From positions 69,225 to 133,224 of the forward strand of contig CAVYEX010000006.1 of assembly GCA_963767765.1 (NCBI GenBank): 64,000 nucleotides of DNA. The letters are read 5' to 3'. Position 1 is the stretch's first letter. Every line of letters starts with the position of its first letter. The stretch is from an uncultured Actinomycetota bacterium. Its GTDB lineage: Bacteria; Actinomycetota; Actinomycetes; Mycobacteriales; Mycobacteriaceae. The translations under genes were made by a program, and so were the position numbers. Below the pieces are notes generated by a model. That model did no database searches and was not told the origin of the DNA. It was given only the letters and a program-made list of their open reading frames with translations. Below, one piece after another: positions 1 to 11,000 of the stretch.

Positions 1-1669
1 ACTCGCGGCGCCAGTAGAAGGCCATGTCGGTGGTGGGCACGAATTGGTCCAGCGCCCACAGGCCGGCGTGGCTGACTATGGCGGCGAACCGATCAGTGTG
101 GCCGGCGACCCAGTTGGCCAGGTAACCACCGAACGAGCCGCCCATCGCCGCGGTTCGGGTCGCGTCGACCCGAGGGTGTGCACACGCGGCATCGGTGGCG
201 GTCATCAGGTCGTCGAACGGCGGTCCGCCCCACTCGCCCCAGCCCCGCTGGATGAAGGCTTGCCCGTAGCCGGTGGACAGCGCCGGGTCTGGCAGCAGTA
301 CCGCGTATCCCCTGGCGGCCAGCAGCCACGGGTTCCACCGCCATGACCAGCTGTTCCAGCTGCCCAGCGGTCCGCCGTGCATCCACAGCAGCAGCGGAGC
401 CGGTTCGGTCTGCTCGGGCAGCACCAGCCACGACCGCACCGCCGTGCCGTCGGGCACGGTCGCCGTGACGTCGGTCAGGGTTCCGGGCAGCGCCGGCATT
501 TCGATACAGGGCAGCACCGTGACGGCACCGTCTGCGCCGATGCGGACCGGGTGCGGCGGGTTGCGGTAGGAACTGCGCAACGCGTACACCACCCCCTCGC
601 CGCCGGTGACCACATCGGTGTAGGCGAAATCGTCGTCGGTGAGCTGGCGGACGGTCGACGTGGCGACGTCGACCACGAACACCGGCACCCGGCCGGCCTG
701 GTCCGCGGTGACGATCAGCGACGTGCCGTCACTCGACCAGATCGCCGTGGCCGGCCAGCGGTCCCAGTGCGGCGCCACGATGCTGGGCTTCGCACCGAAT
801 CGCTGCACCTGCAGCGTCCGTCGGGGGGCCCGGTCGGATGTCGAGGTGGACTCGCGGGTGAAGGCGACGGCCGATCCGTCCGGAGAGATCGCCGGGTTTT
901 CGAGGTCCGCACCGGGGTCGTCGGCGACGATGTCGCGGTCTCCGGAAGTCAGGTCGACGCGCAGCAGCACCGAGCGCTGGACCGGCCCCGGGCCGGCGAC
1001 CGGCCAGGTCGTCACCAGGAACCGGCCGTCGGCGCTGATGTCGAAGGAGGCGTCGCGCAGCGCCCGGCCGGGCTGCGGGGTCAGAACACGCGGTCCTTCC
1101 ACGTCCAGCAGATGCGGTTCCTCCGGACCCAGGTCGCTGTCCCAGTAGCGCACCGGGTAACCGGTGTGCAGTATGGCCGTGATCTTCCCAGCCGAGCGCA
1201 GCTCGCGCAGCCGCCGCTCGTCGTCGAGGTCGCGTGCCGACGACAGCAGCGGTGCCACTACGACGGTGATCTCGGCGCCGCGGGCGGTGCGCACCGCGGT
1301 GACGCCGCCGGGCAGGCTCAAAACCTCGATCGCCTCGCCGCCGCCGGCCGGCAGTCGCCACAGCGCGGCAGGGGGCTTATCGATTGCCGGGCCGGCCGAA
1401 CCGGTGGGCGGTCGCGCCGAGATGAACAGTAGGTCGCCGTCGGCGTCGAACGCCGGTTCCGAGTCGCCGTGGGCGCTACGGGTCAGTCGACGCGCGGGTG
1501 AGCGTCCGGCGGGATCGAGTTCCCAGATGGCGTTGACATAGCTACTGGCGTCGGGGCTGAGTTCGGCGATCGTCGTGACCAGCCGCGTTCCGTCGGCGGA
1601 GAGCGCCAGGCCGCTGACCCGGGGCAGGGCGAGGTAGTCGTCGAGGTCGTGGAACGCGGTGCCGGTCAT
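1..1669 (-). CDS. S9 family serine peptidase (prolyl oligopeptidase / acylaminoacyl-peptidase-like); C-terminus cut by left window edge
   Basis: Absent from the ORF track because it runs off the edge. My reverse translation from ATG 1669..1667 gives MTGTAFHDLDDYLALPRVSGLALSADGTRL... and ends ...AAMGGSFGGYLANWVAGHTDRFAAIVSHAGLW (GxSxGG nucleophile elbow at about nt 100-160). The + strand ORFs listed here (377..1432 etc.) are Arg/Gly-rich shadow ORFs. Confidence 0.85.
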   Translation of the reverse strand, partial: MTGTAFHDLDDYLALPRVSGLALSADGTRLVTTIAELSPDASSYVNAIWELDPAGRSPARRLTRSAHGDSEPAFDADGDLLFISARPPTGSAGPAIDKPPAALWRLPAGGGEAIEVLSLPGGVTAVRTARGAEITVVVAPLLSSARDLDDERRLRELRSAGKITAILHTGYPVRYWDSDLGPEEPHLLDVEGPRVLTPQPGRALRDASFDISADGRFLVTTWPVAGPGPVQRSVLLRVDLTSGDRDIVADDPGADLENPAISPDGSAVAFTRESTSTSDRAPRRTLQVQRFGAKPSIVAPHWDRWPATAIWSSDGTSLIVTADQAGRVPVFVVDVATSTVRQLTDDDFAYTDVVTGGEGVVYALRSSYRNPPHPVRIGADGAVTVLPCIEMPALPGTLTDVTATVPDGTAVRSWLVLPEQTEPAPLLLWMHGGPLGSWNSWSWRWNPWLLAARGYAVLLPDPALSTGYGQAFIQRGWGEWGGPPFDDLMTATDAACAHPRVDATRTAAMGGSFGGYLANWVAGHTDRFAAIVSHAGLWALDQFVPTTDMAFYWRRE

Positions 1670-1700
1670 ATGTCGTTTCCTAACACCGCCGTTTCAAAGA

Positions 1701-1752
1701 GTTGACGGCGGCGCCGGGCTGGCCGTCGTTCAGCCCGGGCGCCGCCGTCAAC
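1701..1752 (-). terminator. Long near-perfect hairpin directly downstream of the rpfE stop (likely intrinsic terminator)
   Basis: Arm gttgacggcggcgccgggctg (1701..1721), 9-nt loop, arm cagcccgggcgccgccgtcaac (1731..1752). The arms are complementary except for one extra G. On the minus-sense transcript the hairpin is followed by tctttgaaa. Confidence 0.7.
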
Positions 1753-1762
1753 GCGAAGTCGG

Positions 1763-2677
<915 letters not shown>

Positions 2678-3345
2678 CTAGATTTGATAACGCTGGGAAA
2701 ATGCGGCTGGTGAATGTGCGGCGCTCCAGGTCACGCCGTGATTTTCGATTCGATCTACATGTGTCAAATAGACATCGAACTCGTGACTCAAATCACCCAC
2801 AAATTGTGAAGTGGCGCACACGTTTGCGGAATTTAATTAGCAGCCTTGCGCTGGCGATAGCCAGCCTGACCGGTGCCCGAGTCACCACCGATCGCGGGGC
2901 GCCGAGTCAAAAAAGTTGTGTCGCAGCCGCTTACATTACCCTCAGCTCTACGTTATGCTGCGGCTCGATAAGACTTCCCGCAAGCTACTTCTTCACCGAA
3001 ACGACTGCACCACAACGTTTTTGAGCTATCGCAAGCAGCGACGGGGCCGGTGCGTGTGACACGGAAAAGCGCAGAAGCGACCAGCCCACCAATTTTGTGT
3101 TCGTTGCTGTCAAATGTTTTCACAGGCGCTCAAGATGTGAATTTACTGTCGTCGCAACAGATACGCCGAGTGATGAACTCCGAAGAATGCCATTATCGCC
3201 TTATGCTGTGCAATTCCTCGCGGACGATACCGAGATGATAATCACTCGAGTCCGAGATGTAATCCACCGACGTCGACAGCATTGCCGGACAGAGGCACAG
3301 CCTGCAGTCCCGGTGTGTTAGCTACGCGGTGTGCCGACGGCGACA

Positions 3346-3360
3346 GCTCGCGGGGCGAGC
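3346..3360 (-). terminator. Short GC hairpin immediately after the mobA stop
   Basis: gctcgc-ggg-gcgagc (6-bp stem) lies 2 nt downstream of the mobA stop codon. There is no clear U-tract, so this is weak. Confidence 0.3.
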
Positions 3361-3362
3361 GG

Positions 3363-4004
3363 TCAGCGGACAGCCGCGGCCAACGCGCCCAAGTCGGTGG
3401 GCGTATTGACGTTGGCCAGCGACTGGCAGTCGGGCAGCACGATGCGTTGCGTGTCAACGGTATTCACCAGAGCACGCATCGCGCGTTCGCCGGTGGCCAC
3501 CAGGGCATCGATCTGTTCGGCCAAGGTGGTCCGGTAAACCCCGGCCAAGAAGTGATCCCGGCCGTCCCACGGCAACACCACGTCAGCGTCGACCTCGACA
3601 GCCAGCCCAGCCAATTGGTCGATGAAGTCTTCGGCGAGAAACGGCATGTCCACCGCGCAGACGAAGGCCCGCGTGGCCCCGCCTTGAGCGGCCGCACGCA
3701 AGCCGTTACCGGTCGCCGGCAACGGGCCGAGCCCACGCACCTTGTCACGCACCACCGTCGCCGGCAGCGCAGGCAATCGCTGGCCCGGTGCAGCAATCAC
3801 GTACACCTGCTGGCAGCGCCGGCTGACGACGTCAACGACATGCTCGACCATGGTCGTCGCCCCGCCGCCCAGGCCGCCGCCAGCCGAGCTGGCGGCACTG
3901 AGCTGCGCGGGCACCGGCAAGGTCGCCTTGTCCCGGCCCATCCGCCGCGAGGTGCCCCCGGCAAGCACGACTCCCGCCAGGCTGCCTGGCGTCAGCGCGG
4001 CCAC
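3363..4004 (-). CDS. mobA: Molybdenum cofactor guanylyltransferase MobA
   Basis: [20 protein letters not shown] motif (LAGGxSxRMG). I chose GTG 4004, one nt after the korB stop (TAG 4008..4006). The track ORF to 4115 would overlap korB by 110 nt. Confidence 0.85.
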   Translation of the reverse strand: MAALTPGSLAGVVLAGGTSRRMGRDKATLPVPAQLSAASSAGGGLGGGATTMVEHVVDVVSRRCQQVYVIAAPGQRLPALPATVVRDKVRGLGPLPATGNGLRAAAQGGATRAFVCAVDMPFLAEDFIDQLAGLAVEVDADVVLPWDGRDHFLAGVYRTTLAEQIDALVATGERAMRALVNTVDTQRIVLPDCQSLANVNTPTDLGALAAAVR

Positions 4005-4005
4005 G

Positions 4006-5097
4006 CTAGGAAACGGTCCAGGTGTCGCGTCCGCGCAGCAGCGACTGCAGCGCGGGGCGGTCGCACGGGACGGTCTGGCCGGCGGTGCGGACCTGTGTCC
4101 GGGCGGCGTCGTCATAGGTGGGCCGGGTGACCTGACGGAAGACGCCCATCACCGTGTGCTCGAGATTCTGGTCGGAGAGCCGGGACAGCGCAAAGGCGTA
4201 GGCCGGGTCGACGGTGTGCGCATCGTGCACCACGATGTCGGTGACGCTGACGTCGGCCGCCTTCGCCACCTCCAGGCCGAAGCCGGACCGCACCACGCAG
4301 TAGTCGTCGTTGGCGCCGAAGATGATCGGCTCGCCGTGGCGGACGTTGATCACGCGGTCCTGGGCGCCCTCTTTGCGCAATGCGTCGAACGATCCGTCGT
4401 TGAAGATCGGGCAGTCCTGCAGGATCTCGACCAGCGCGGCGCCGCGGTGCGATGCGGCGGCCCGCAGCACCTCCGAAAGCCCTTTGCGATCGGAGTCCAG
4501 CGCACGACCGACGAAGCTGGCCTCGGCGCCCAACGCCATCGACACCGGGTTGAACGGGTGGTCGAGCGAACCCATCGGCGTCGACTTGGTGACCTTGCCG
4601 ACTTCGGAGGTCGGCGAATACTGGCCCTTGGTCAACCCGTAGATGCGGTTGTTGAACAACAGAATCGTCAGGTTGACGTTGCGGCGCAGCGCGTGGATCA
4701 GGTGGTTGCCACCGATCGACAGGGCGTCGCCGTCCCCGGTGACGACCCACACCGACAGATCGTCACGTGCCAGCGCCAGCCCGGTCGCGATGGCCGGGGC
4801 GCGCCCGTGAATGGAGTGCAGGCCGTACGTTTCCAGGTAGTACGGGAACCGGCTGGAGCAGCCGATCCCGCTGACGAAGACGATGTTCTCGCGGCGCAAC
4901 CCGAGTTCGGGCAGAAAGTTGCGAATGGTGTTGAGGATGACGTAGTCGCCACATCCGGGGCACCAGCGCACCTCTTGATCGGAGGTGAAGTCTTTGCCTT
5001 TCTGCGGTTGCTCGGTGGTGGGCACACCGGCGTTCTTCGTCAAGCCCGGCGTCACACCGAGGTCTGCGCCCACCAGCTCACCCATTGTCTGCGTCAT
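4006..5097 (-). CDS. korB: 2-oxoglutarate:ferredoxin oxidoreductase beta subunit (TPP-binding)
   Basis: 363 aa with CPGCGDY and [18 protein letters not shown] motifs. The ATGA overlap with the korA stop matches the remembered Rv2454c position. Confidence 0.95.
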   Translation of the reverse strand: MTQTMGELVGADLGVTPGLTKNAGVPTTEQPQKGKDFTSDQEVRWCPGCGDYVILNTIRNFLPELGLRRENIVFVSGIGCSSRFPYYLETYGLHSIHGRAPAIATGLALARDDLSVWVVTGDGDALSIGGNHLIHALRRNVNLTILLFNNRIYGLTKGQYSPTSEVGKVTKSTPMGSLDHPFNPVSMALGAEASFVGRALDSDRKGLSEVLRAAASHRGAALVEILQDCPIFNDGSFDALRKEGAQDRVINVRHGEPIIFGANDDYCVVRSGFGLEVAKAADVSVTDIVVHDAHTVDPAYAFALSRLSDQNLEHTVMGVFRQVTRPTYDDAARTQVRTAGQTVPCDRPALQSLLRGRDTWTVS

Positions 5098-7112
5098 CGG
5101 TCAACTCCCGCTCCGACCGTGGCCGCGCCCAGTCGGGCGACCATCGTCTTGTCCTGTTCGATCTCGGCCAGTGTTCCGCCCAGCGCGGCGCGGATGACGC
5201 GCCCGATCTCGTCGGCCAGAAACGCGACACCCTGAACCTTGGTGACCGACTGCACGTCGACCAGGTACTGCCCGCGCAGAAGCAGCGCCAGTTGACCCAT
5301 GTTCATCTCCGGCGCCACCACCATCCGGTAGCGCCGCAGGATGTCGCCCAGATTGGCCGGGAACGGGCGCAGGTGCCGCAGGTGCGCGTGGGCGACCTTG
5401 GTGCCCCGGCGGCGCGCCTGCCGGCAGGCTTCGCCGATCGGGCCGTAGGAGCTGCCCCACCCGATCAGCAGCAACTCGGCGTCGCCGCTCGGATCGTCGA
5501 CCTCCAGGTCCGGAACGCGGATGCCGTCCACCTTGGCCTGCCGCAGCCGAACCATCAGGTCGTGGTTGGCCGGGTCGTAGGAGATGTCCCCCGATCCGTT
5601 GGCCGACTCCAGCCCGCCGATGCGGTGCTCCAGACCGGGGGTGCCGGGGATGGCGAACTGGCGGGCCAGGGTTTCGGGGTCGCGGGCATACGGTTGGAAC
5701 GGCTCGCCGGGCTTCGCGAAGACGTGCTGGATCGGTTCCATGGTGTCGACATCGGGGATCCGCCATGGCTCGGATCCGTTGGCGATCGCACCGTCGGACA
5801 ACACGATTACCGGCGTATGGTACGACAGCGCGATGCGCGCCGCCTCCACCGCGGTGTCGAAGCAGTCCGAGGGTGAGCGCGGAGCCAGTACCGCCAGCGG
5901 CGATTCGCCGTTGCGGCCGTAGAGGGCCTGCAGCAGGTCGGCCTGCTCGGTCTTGGTGGGCAGGCCGGTCGACGGGCCTCCGCGCTGCACGTCGATGATC
6001 AGCAGCGGCAGTTCGGTCATCACCGCCAGACCGATCGCCTCGGCTTTCAGGGATAGGCCCGGACCGGAGGTGCTGGTGACGCCGAGTGCACCACCGTAGG
6101 CGGCACCGATGGCCGCGCCGATGCCGGCGATTTCGTCCTCGGCCTGAAACGTCAGGACGTTGAAGTGCTTGTGTTTGCTCAGCTCATGCAGGATGTCGGA
6201 GGCCGGGGTGATCGGGTAGCTGCCCAGCACCACCTGGATGCCGGCGAGCTGGCCGGCGGTGACGATGCCGTAGGCCAGCGCGGTGTTGCCGGAGATCTGT
6301 CGGTACTCGCCGGCCGGCAGCTTTGCCGGGGAAACTTCATAGGTGGTGCCGAAAGCTTCAGTGGTCTCGCCGTAGTTCCAGCCCGCCTTGAGGGCCAGCA
6401 CATTGGCCTCGGCGATGTCGGGCTTGCGAGCGAACTTCTCCCGGATGAACGTTTCGCTGGTCTCGATCGGACGTCCGTACATCCACGACAACAGCCCCAA
6501 CGCGAACATGTTCTTCGCACGTTGGCCGTCTTTCTTCGTCGCGCCGATCGCCTCGACGGCGCCCAGCGTCAGCGTGGTCATCGCGATCGGGTGGACGACG
6601 TACTCCGAGAGCTCGCCGTTGTCCAGCGGGTTGTCCTGATAGCCCACTTTGGCGAGACTGCGCTTCGTGAACTCGTCAGAGTTGGCGATCACCATTCCGC
6701 CGCGCGGCAGGTCGCCGATGTTGGCCTTGAGCGCCGCGGGGTTCATGGCCACCAGCACGTCGGGCCGGTCGCCGGCGGTCAGCACGTCGTGATCGGCGAT
6801 CTGGATCTGGAAAGAGGAGACGCCGGGCAAGGTTCCGGCGGGAGCCCGGATCTCGGCCGGGAAGTTGGGTTGGGTGGCGAGGTCGTTGCCGAAGAGGGCC
6901 GCTTCTGAAGTGAATCGGTCTCCGGTGAGCTGCATGCCGTCCCCGGAGTCCCCGGCGAAGCGGATGACGACGTTTTCCAGCTGCTGTCGGTCGAACGACG
7001 CCGTGCCGGCGCTATGAGTTTTCGGCTCGGCCCCGTTGCCGTTGAGCGCCACTATTTCGCCTTTCGTCACCGTCGTCAGACGGTGCATCTCGTCGCGGCC
7101 ATCCTGCCGCAC
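5094..7112 (-). CDS. korA: 2-oxoglutarate:ferredoxin oxidoreductase alpha subunit
   Basis: 672-aa ORF with typical pyruvate/2-oxoacid:ferredoxin oxidoreductase alpha/gamma domain sequence (GSYPITPASDILHEL, STSGPGLSLK). The start may instead be the internal ATG at 7088. Confidence 0.93.
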   Translation of the reverse strand: MRQDGRDEMHRLTTVTKGEIVALNGNGAEPKTHSAGTASFDRQQLENVVIRFAGDSGDGMQLTGDRFTSEAALFGNDLATQPNFPAEIRAPAGTLPGVSSFQIQIADHDVLTAGDRPDVLVAMNPAALKANIGDLPRGGMVIANSDEFTKRSLAKVGYQDNPLDNGELSEYVVHPIAMTTLTLGAVEAIGATKKDGQRAKNMFALGLLSWMYGRPIETSETFIREKFARKPDIAEANVLALKAGWNYGETTEAFGTTYEVSPAKLPAGEYRQISGNTALAYGIVTAGQLAGIQVVLGSYPITPASDILHELSKHKHFNVLTFQAEDEIAGIGAAIGAAYGGALGVTSTSGPGLSLKAEAIGLAVMTELPLLIIDVQRGGPSTGLPTKTEQADLLQALYGRNGESPLAVLAPRSPSDCFDTAVEAARIALSYHTPVIVLSDGAIANGSEPWRIPDVDTMEPIQHVFAKPGEPFQPYARDPETLARQFAIPGTPGLEHRIGGLESANGSGDISYDPANHDLMVRLRQAKVDGIRVPDLEVDDPSGDAELLLIGWGSSYGPIGEACRQARRRGTKVAHAHLRHLRPFPANLGDILRRYRMVVAPEMNMGQLALLLRGQYLVDVQSVTKVQGVAFLADEIGRVIRAALGGTLAEIEQDKTMVARLGAATVGAGVDR

Positions 7113-7296
7113 CGGTTACGTGTGGGCACCTGCCCCGACTTCACGTCACTCGTAGTGCCGATTATGGCACTGCTCTTAGGCAATCCGTGACGGCAACTCG
7201 CGCGAACCTGCCACCGACTTGCCACCATACGCCGAGGTCAGACTCGCGTCGTTTGCGACCGTCAGACGAAAATGTGGTATTCGTCACTGTCGCGCA

Positions 7297-7322
7297 TACC
7301 GCGAAGTCTAAGAAGCGCGGTA
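7297..7322 (-). terminator. Hairpin downstream of the MFS gene
   Basis: taccgcg-N12-cgcggta lies 18 nt after the stop at 7340. On the minus-sense transcript a cattttcg tract follows about 25-30 nt beyond the hairpin. Confidence 0.35.
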
Positions 7323-7339
7323 CCGATGGGTAACATTTG

Positions 7340-8644
7340 CTAGCGGGTCTCGGCGGTGCTTCCCAGCGCCGGCTGCGCCACCGGCTCGACCGGGTCCGCC
7401 GACGAACGGACGGTGCCGCTGTCGGCGGTCTCCGGCATCGCGATCAGGTAGAGCAGGAAACCGGCGGCGGCCAGCGCACCTAAAGACATGAATGCCACGT
7501 TGTACCCGGCCGCCAGGACGACCCGGCCGGCGATGATGTTCGACAGTGCAGCACCGACCCCCCATGCGGTGATGATGGCGCTCAGGCTCACGTTGTAGCG
7601 GCCGGTTCCCTGCGTGACGTCGCGAACGACCAGTGGGAACAGCGCGCCGAAGATACCGGCGCCGATCCCGTCGAGCAGTTGCACAGCGACCAGCCAGTAT
7701 GGATTTTCCGAGCAGGTGTAGAGGAAGCCGCGAGCGGTGAGCACCGCGAAGGCGACCAGGAAGATGGGCTTGCGCCCCCACACGTCGGCCTTTGAGCCGA
7801 CAAGGTAGGCGACCCCCACCATCACCAGCTGCGCCCCGGCGATGCAGGTCGCCATCATGGCGGTGCCGACTTCTTTGTTCTGTAATGCCAGCACCTGTCC
7901 TACCAGGGGCAGCATGGCCGCGTTGGCGAAGTGAAAGGTCACCATGGCGGCGGCGAAGATCAGCAAGCGGCGGTTGTGCAGCAGCACCGAGAAGCGGGAG
8001 GGCCCACGATGCGAATCGCCGGCGATGGTGTCCAAGCCGCGCGCCACGTCGTGGTCGATCGCCTCGGGCGGTATCCGCAGCGCCGCCACGACGCTGAGCA
8101 CTGCCATCGCGGCGAGCACCCAGAACACCACGACCGGACCGAAGAAGTACGCCAGGGCGGCGGTGACGACGGCGGCCGACGCATTGCCGGCGTGGTTGAA
8201 CGACTCGTTGCGTCCGATCCGCTTGGCCAGCGCCCGCGGCCCGACGGCGCCTAGGGTGATCGCCGCCAACGCCGGGGTGAAGACCGAGCCGGCGACGCCG
8301 GTGACGATCTGCAGGATCGAGATCGAGTAGAACCCCGGGAACAGCGGCATGGCCAGGGCGCCGGCGGTGACGGACACCGCGCCGGCGACGACCAGCGCCC
8401 GCTTCGCCGTGGTGCGGTCCACCCAGGCACCGACGGGTGTCTGAGCCGCGATCGCGGCGATGCTGCCGACCGCCATGACGAACCCAATGGAGGCCTGATC
8501 CCAGTGATGGGTCAGCAGCAGGTAGATCGAAAGATATGGGCCCAGGCCGTCACGAACATCGGCCACCGAAAAGTTCAGCAGGTCCAGTGCGTGCGCCGCG
8601 CGCCGCCGAATTGGAGCAGCGGCGCCGTCCCGCCCCACAGTCAC
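7340..8644 (-). CDS. MFS transporter (Rv2456c-like integral membrane protein)
   Basis: 434 aa with about 12 hydrophobic segments and a GTG start. It occupies the syntenic position between korA and clpX. Confidence 0.85.
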   Translation of the reverse strand: MTVGRDGAAAPIRRRAAHALDLLNFSVADVRDGLGPYLSIYLLLTHHWDQASIGFVMAVGSIAAIAAQTPVGAWVDRTTAKRALVVAGAVSVTAGALAMPLFPGFYSISILQIVTGVAGSVFTPALAAITLGAVGPRALAKRIGRNESFNHAGNASAAVVTAALAYFFGPVVVFWVLAAMAVLSVVAALRIPPEAIDHDVARGLDTIAGDSHRGPSRFSVLLHNRRLLIFAAAMVTFHFANAAMLPLVGQVLALQNKEVGTAMMATCIAGAQLVMVGVAYLVGSKADVWGRKPIFLVAFAVLTARGFLYTCSENPYWLVAVQLLDGIGAGIFGALFPLVVRDVTQGTGRYNVSLSAIITAWGVGAALSNIIAGRVVLAAGYNVAFMSLGALAAAGFLLYLIAMPETADSGTVRSSADPVEPVAQPALGSTAETR

Positions 8645-8674
8645 CCCGTTGCTGAACAGGCAGCGCGACGAACG

Positions 8675-9958
8675 TTAGGCACTCTTGTCGCGGCGCTCGG
8701 CGCGCGACGGCTTACGCGGGACGATCGTCGGCAACACGTTGTCCTGCACGGTTTCCTTGGTGACGACGACCTTGGCGACGTCGTCGCGACTGGGGATGTC
8801 GTACATCACCGGCAGCAGCACTTCTTCCATGATCGCGCGCAACCCACGGGCACCGGTGCCGCGGTGAATGGCTTGTTCGGCGATGGCTTCCAACGCGTCC
8901 TGGGTGAACTCCAGCTCGACGCCATCCATCTCGAACAGCCTGGTGTATTGCTTGACCAGGGCGTTCTTGGGCTCGGACAAGATTTTGACCAGCGACTCCA
9001 TGTCCAGGTTGGTCACCGAGGCGACTACCGGCAACCGGCCGATGAACTCCGGAATGAGGCCGTATTTGATCAGGTCTTCGGGCATCACTTCGGCGAAGTG
9101 GTCGGTGGTGTCGATCTCGGCCTTGGAGCGCACCTCGGCTCCGAAGCCCAGGCCCCGCTTGCCGACCCGGTCGGAGACGATCTTCTCCAACCCGGCGAAC
9201 GCGCCGGCGACGATGAACAACACGTTCGTGGTGTCGATCTGGATGAACTCCTGGTGCGGGTGCTTGCGGCCGCCCTGCGGGGGAACCGACGCCTGGGTGC
9301 CCTCGAGGATTTTCAACAGCGCCTGCTGCACACCTTCACCGGAGACGTCGCGGGTGATGGACGGGTTCTCGCTCTTGCGGGCGATCTTGTCGACCTCGTC
9401 GATGTAGATGATGCCGGTTTCGGCGCGCTTGACGTCGTAGTCGGCGGCCTGGATCAGCTTGAGCAGAATGTTCTCGACGTCTTCGCCGACGTAGCCGGCC
9501 TCGGTCAGCGCGGTGGCGTCGGCGATCGCGAACGGCACATTGAGCATCTTGGCCAGCGTCTGCGCCAGGTATGTCTTGCCGCAGCCGGTGGGTCCGAGCA
9601 TCAATATGTTGGATTTGGTCAGCTCGACGGGCTCCCCGGACCGCGAATCCCGGCTCTTCTCGCCGGCCTGGATGCGCTTGTAGTGGTTGTACACCGCCAC
9701 AGCCAGCGTCCGCTTGGCAGTGTCCTGGCCGATGACGTAGCCCTCGAGGAAGTCGCGGATCTCGGCGGGTTTGGGCAGTTCGTCGAGTTTGACGTCGTCG
9801 GCGTCGGCAAGTTCCTCTTCGATGATCTCGTTGCACAGGTCGATGCACTCATCGCAGATGTAGACGCCCGGGCCCGCGATCAGCTTTTTGACCTGTTTCT
9901 GACTCTTCCCGCAAAACGAGCACTTCAGCAGGTCACCGCCGTCTCCAATGCGCGCCAT
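8675..9958 (-). CDS. clpX: ATP-dependent Clp protease ATP-binding subunit ClpX
   Basis: [39 protein letters not shown] zinc-binding N-terminus, Walker A GPTGCGKT. Start taken at ATG 9958 (canonical ClpX N-terminus), not the track start 10045. Confidence 0.97.
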   Translation of the reverse strand: MARIGDGGDLLKCSFCGKSQKQVKKLIAGPGVYICDECIDLCNEIIEEELADADDVKLDELPKPAEIRDFLEGYVIGQDTAKRTLAVAVYNHYKRIQAGEKSRDSRSGEPVELTKSNILMLGPTGCGKTYLAQTLAKMLNVPFAIADATALTEAGYVGEDVENILLKLIQAADYDVKRAETGIIYIDEVDKIARKSENPSITRDVSGEGVQQALLKILEGTQASVPPQGGRKHPHQEFIQIDTTNVLFIVAGAFAGLEKIVSDRVGKRGLGFGAEVRSKAEIDTTDHFAEVMPEDLIKYGLIPEFIGRLPVVASVTNLDMESLVKILSEPKNALVKQYTRLFEMDGVELEFTQDALEAIAEQAIHRGTGARGLRAIMEEVLLPVMYDIPSRDDVAKVVVTKETVQDNVLPTIVPRKPSRAERRDKSA

Positions 9959-10364
9959 GGTGCGAAAGCCCCTACTTCCTGTGTCGCCGTTCGTGATGCC
10001 GTGCCGCACGTATTTCCCGACGCTACCCGCTTGTTCGGGCGACACGCGACCTATAAAGCTGAATCGCGTCGGTGGTATTTCGTGCAGGTCCGCTTGGGAG
10101 AAGATATCGCTTGACCGTCTCGCCGCTCGCCGGAACGCGCGACCGTGTCCCTGGCGTGTCGCGCCCGTTACTCGACCGAGAGGCCGAGTTGCCGGAAATA
10201 CCGCGCCCCCACCCTACCGAGGCGCTGTGGATTTCGTGCCGGCCGACAATTCAGTGCTGGTCAGCGACGGCGGCCTGGCGACTGAGCAAGGCCCTTTTGC
10301 CGAGCCTGTAACCATCGCGACGACGAGGCCGAAAGTTGACAAGCAGTGCACGTTCGGCGCGGAG

Positions 10365-11000
10365 TCAGGCGGGTTGGGCCGACAGCTTGCGGTACTCCAG
10401 CACGGTGTCGATGATTCCGTAGTCTTTGGCTTCTTCCGCGGTCAGAATCTTGTCGCGGTCGGTGTCCTTGCGGATGATGTCGGCGGTCTTGCCGGTGTGG
10501 CGGGCCAGGGTGGTTTCCATCAGGGTGCGCATCCGCTCGATCTCGGCGGCCTGGATCTCCAGGTCGGAGAACTGTCCTTGGATCACGCCGGACAACGACG
10601 GCTGGTGGATCAGCATCCGCGCATTGGGCAGGGCCATGCGCTTGCCCGGCGTGCCGGCGGCCAGCAGCACCGCCGCCGCCGAGGCGGCCTGACCCAGGCA
10701 CACCGTCTGGATGTCGGCGCGGACGTATTGCATGGTGTCGTAGATCGCCATCAGCGAGGTGAATCCGCCGCCCGGCGAGTTGATGTACATGGTGATGTCG
10801 CGGTCGGGGTCCAACGACTCCAGCACCAGCAGCTGGGCCATGATGTCGTTCGCCGACGCGTCGTCGACCTGGACGCCGAGGAAGATGATGCGTTCCTCGA
10901 ACAGCTTGTTGTACGGGTTGGACTCTTTGACACCCCAGCTGGAGTGCTCGACGAAGGACGGCAGGATGTAGCGCGCCTGCGGCTGGATATCGGGATTCAT
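10365..11000 (-). CDS. clpP2: ATP-dependent Clp protease proteolytic subunit ClpP2
   Basis: MNPDIQPQARYILPSFVEHSSWGVKESNPYNKLFEERIIFLG...INSPGGGFTSLMAIYDTMQ. ATG 11000 overlaps the clpP1 stop (ATGA). The track ORF to 11468 is an out-of-context extension through clpP1. Confidence 0.95.
   Translation of the reverse strand: MNPDIQPQARYILPSFVEHSSWGVKESNPYNKLFEERIIFLGVQVDDASANDIMAQLLVLESLDPDRDITMYINSPGGGFTSLMAIYDTMQYVRADIQTVCLGQAASAAAVLLAAGTPGKRMALPNARMLIHQPSLSGVIQGQFSDLEIQAAEIERMRTLMETTLARHTGKTADIIRKDTDRDKILTAEEAKDYGIIDTVLEYRKLSAQPA

Noticed and set aside
3742-5235. 497-aa + strand ORF spanning mobA/korB/korA
   Set aside because: It crosses three well-supported minus-strand genes and has an Arg/Gly/Ala-rich composition.
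8504-10114. 536-aa ORF antisense to clpX
   Set aside because: Opposite strand of an unmistakable ClpX; the translation has no motifs and a biased composition.
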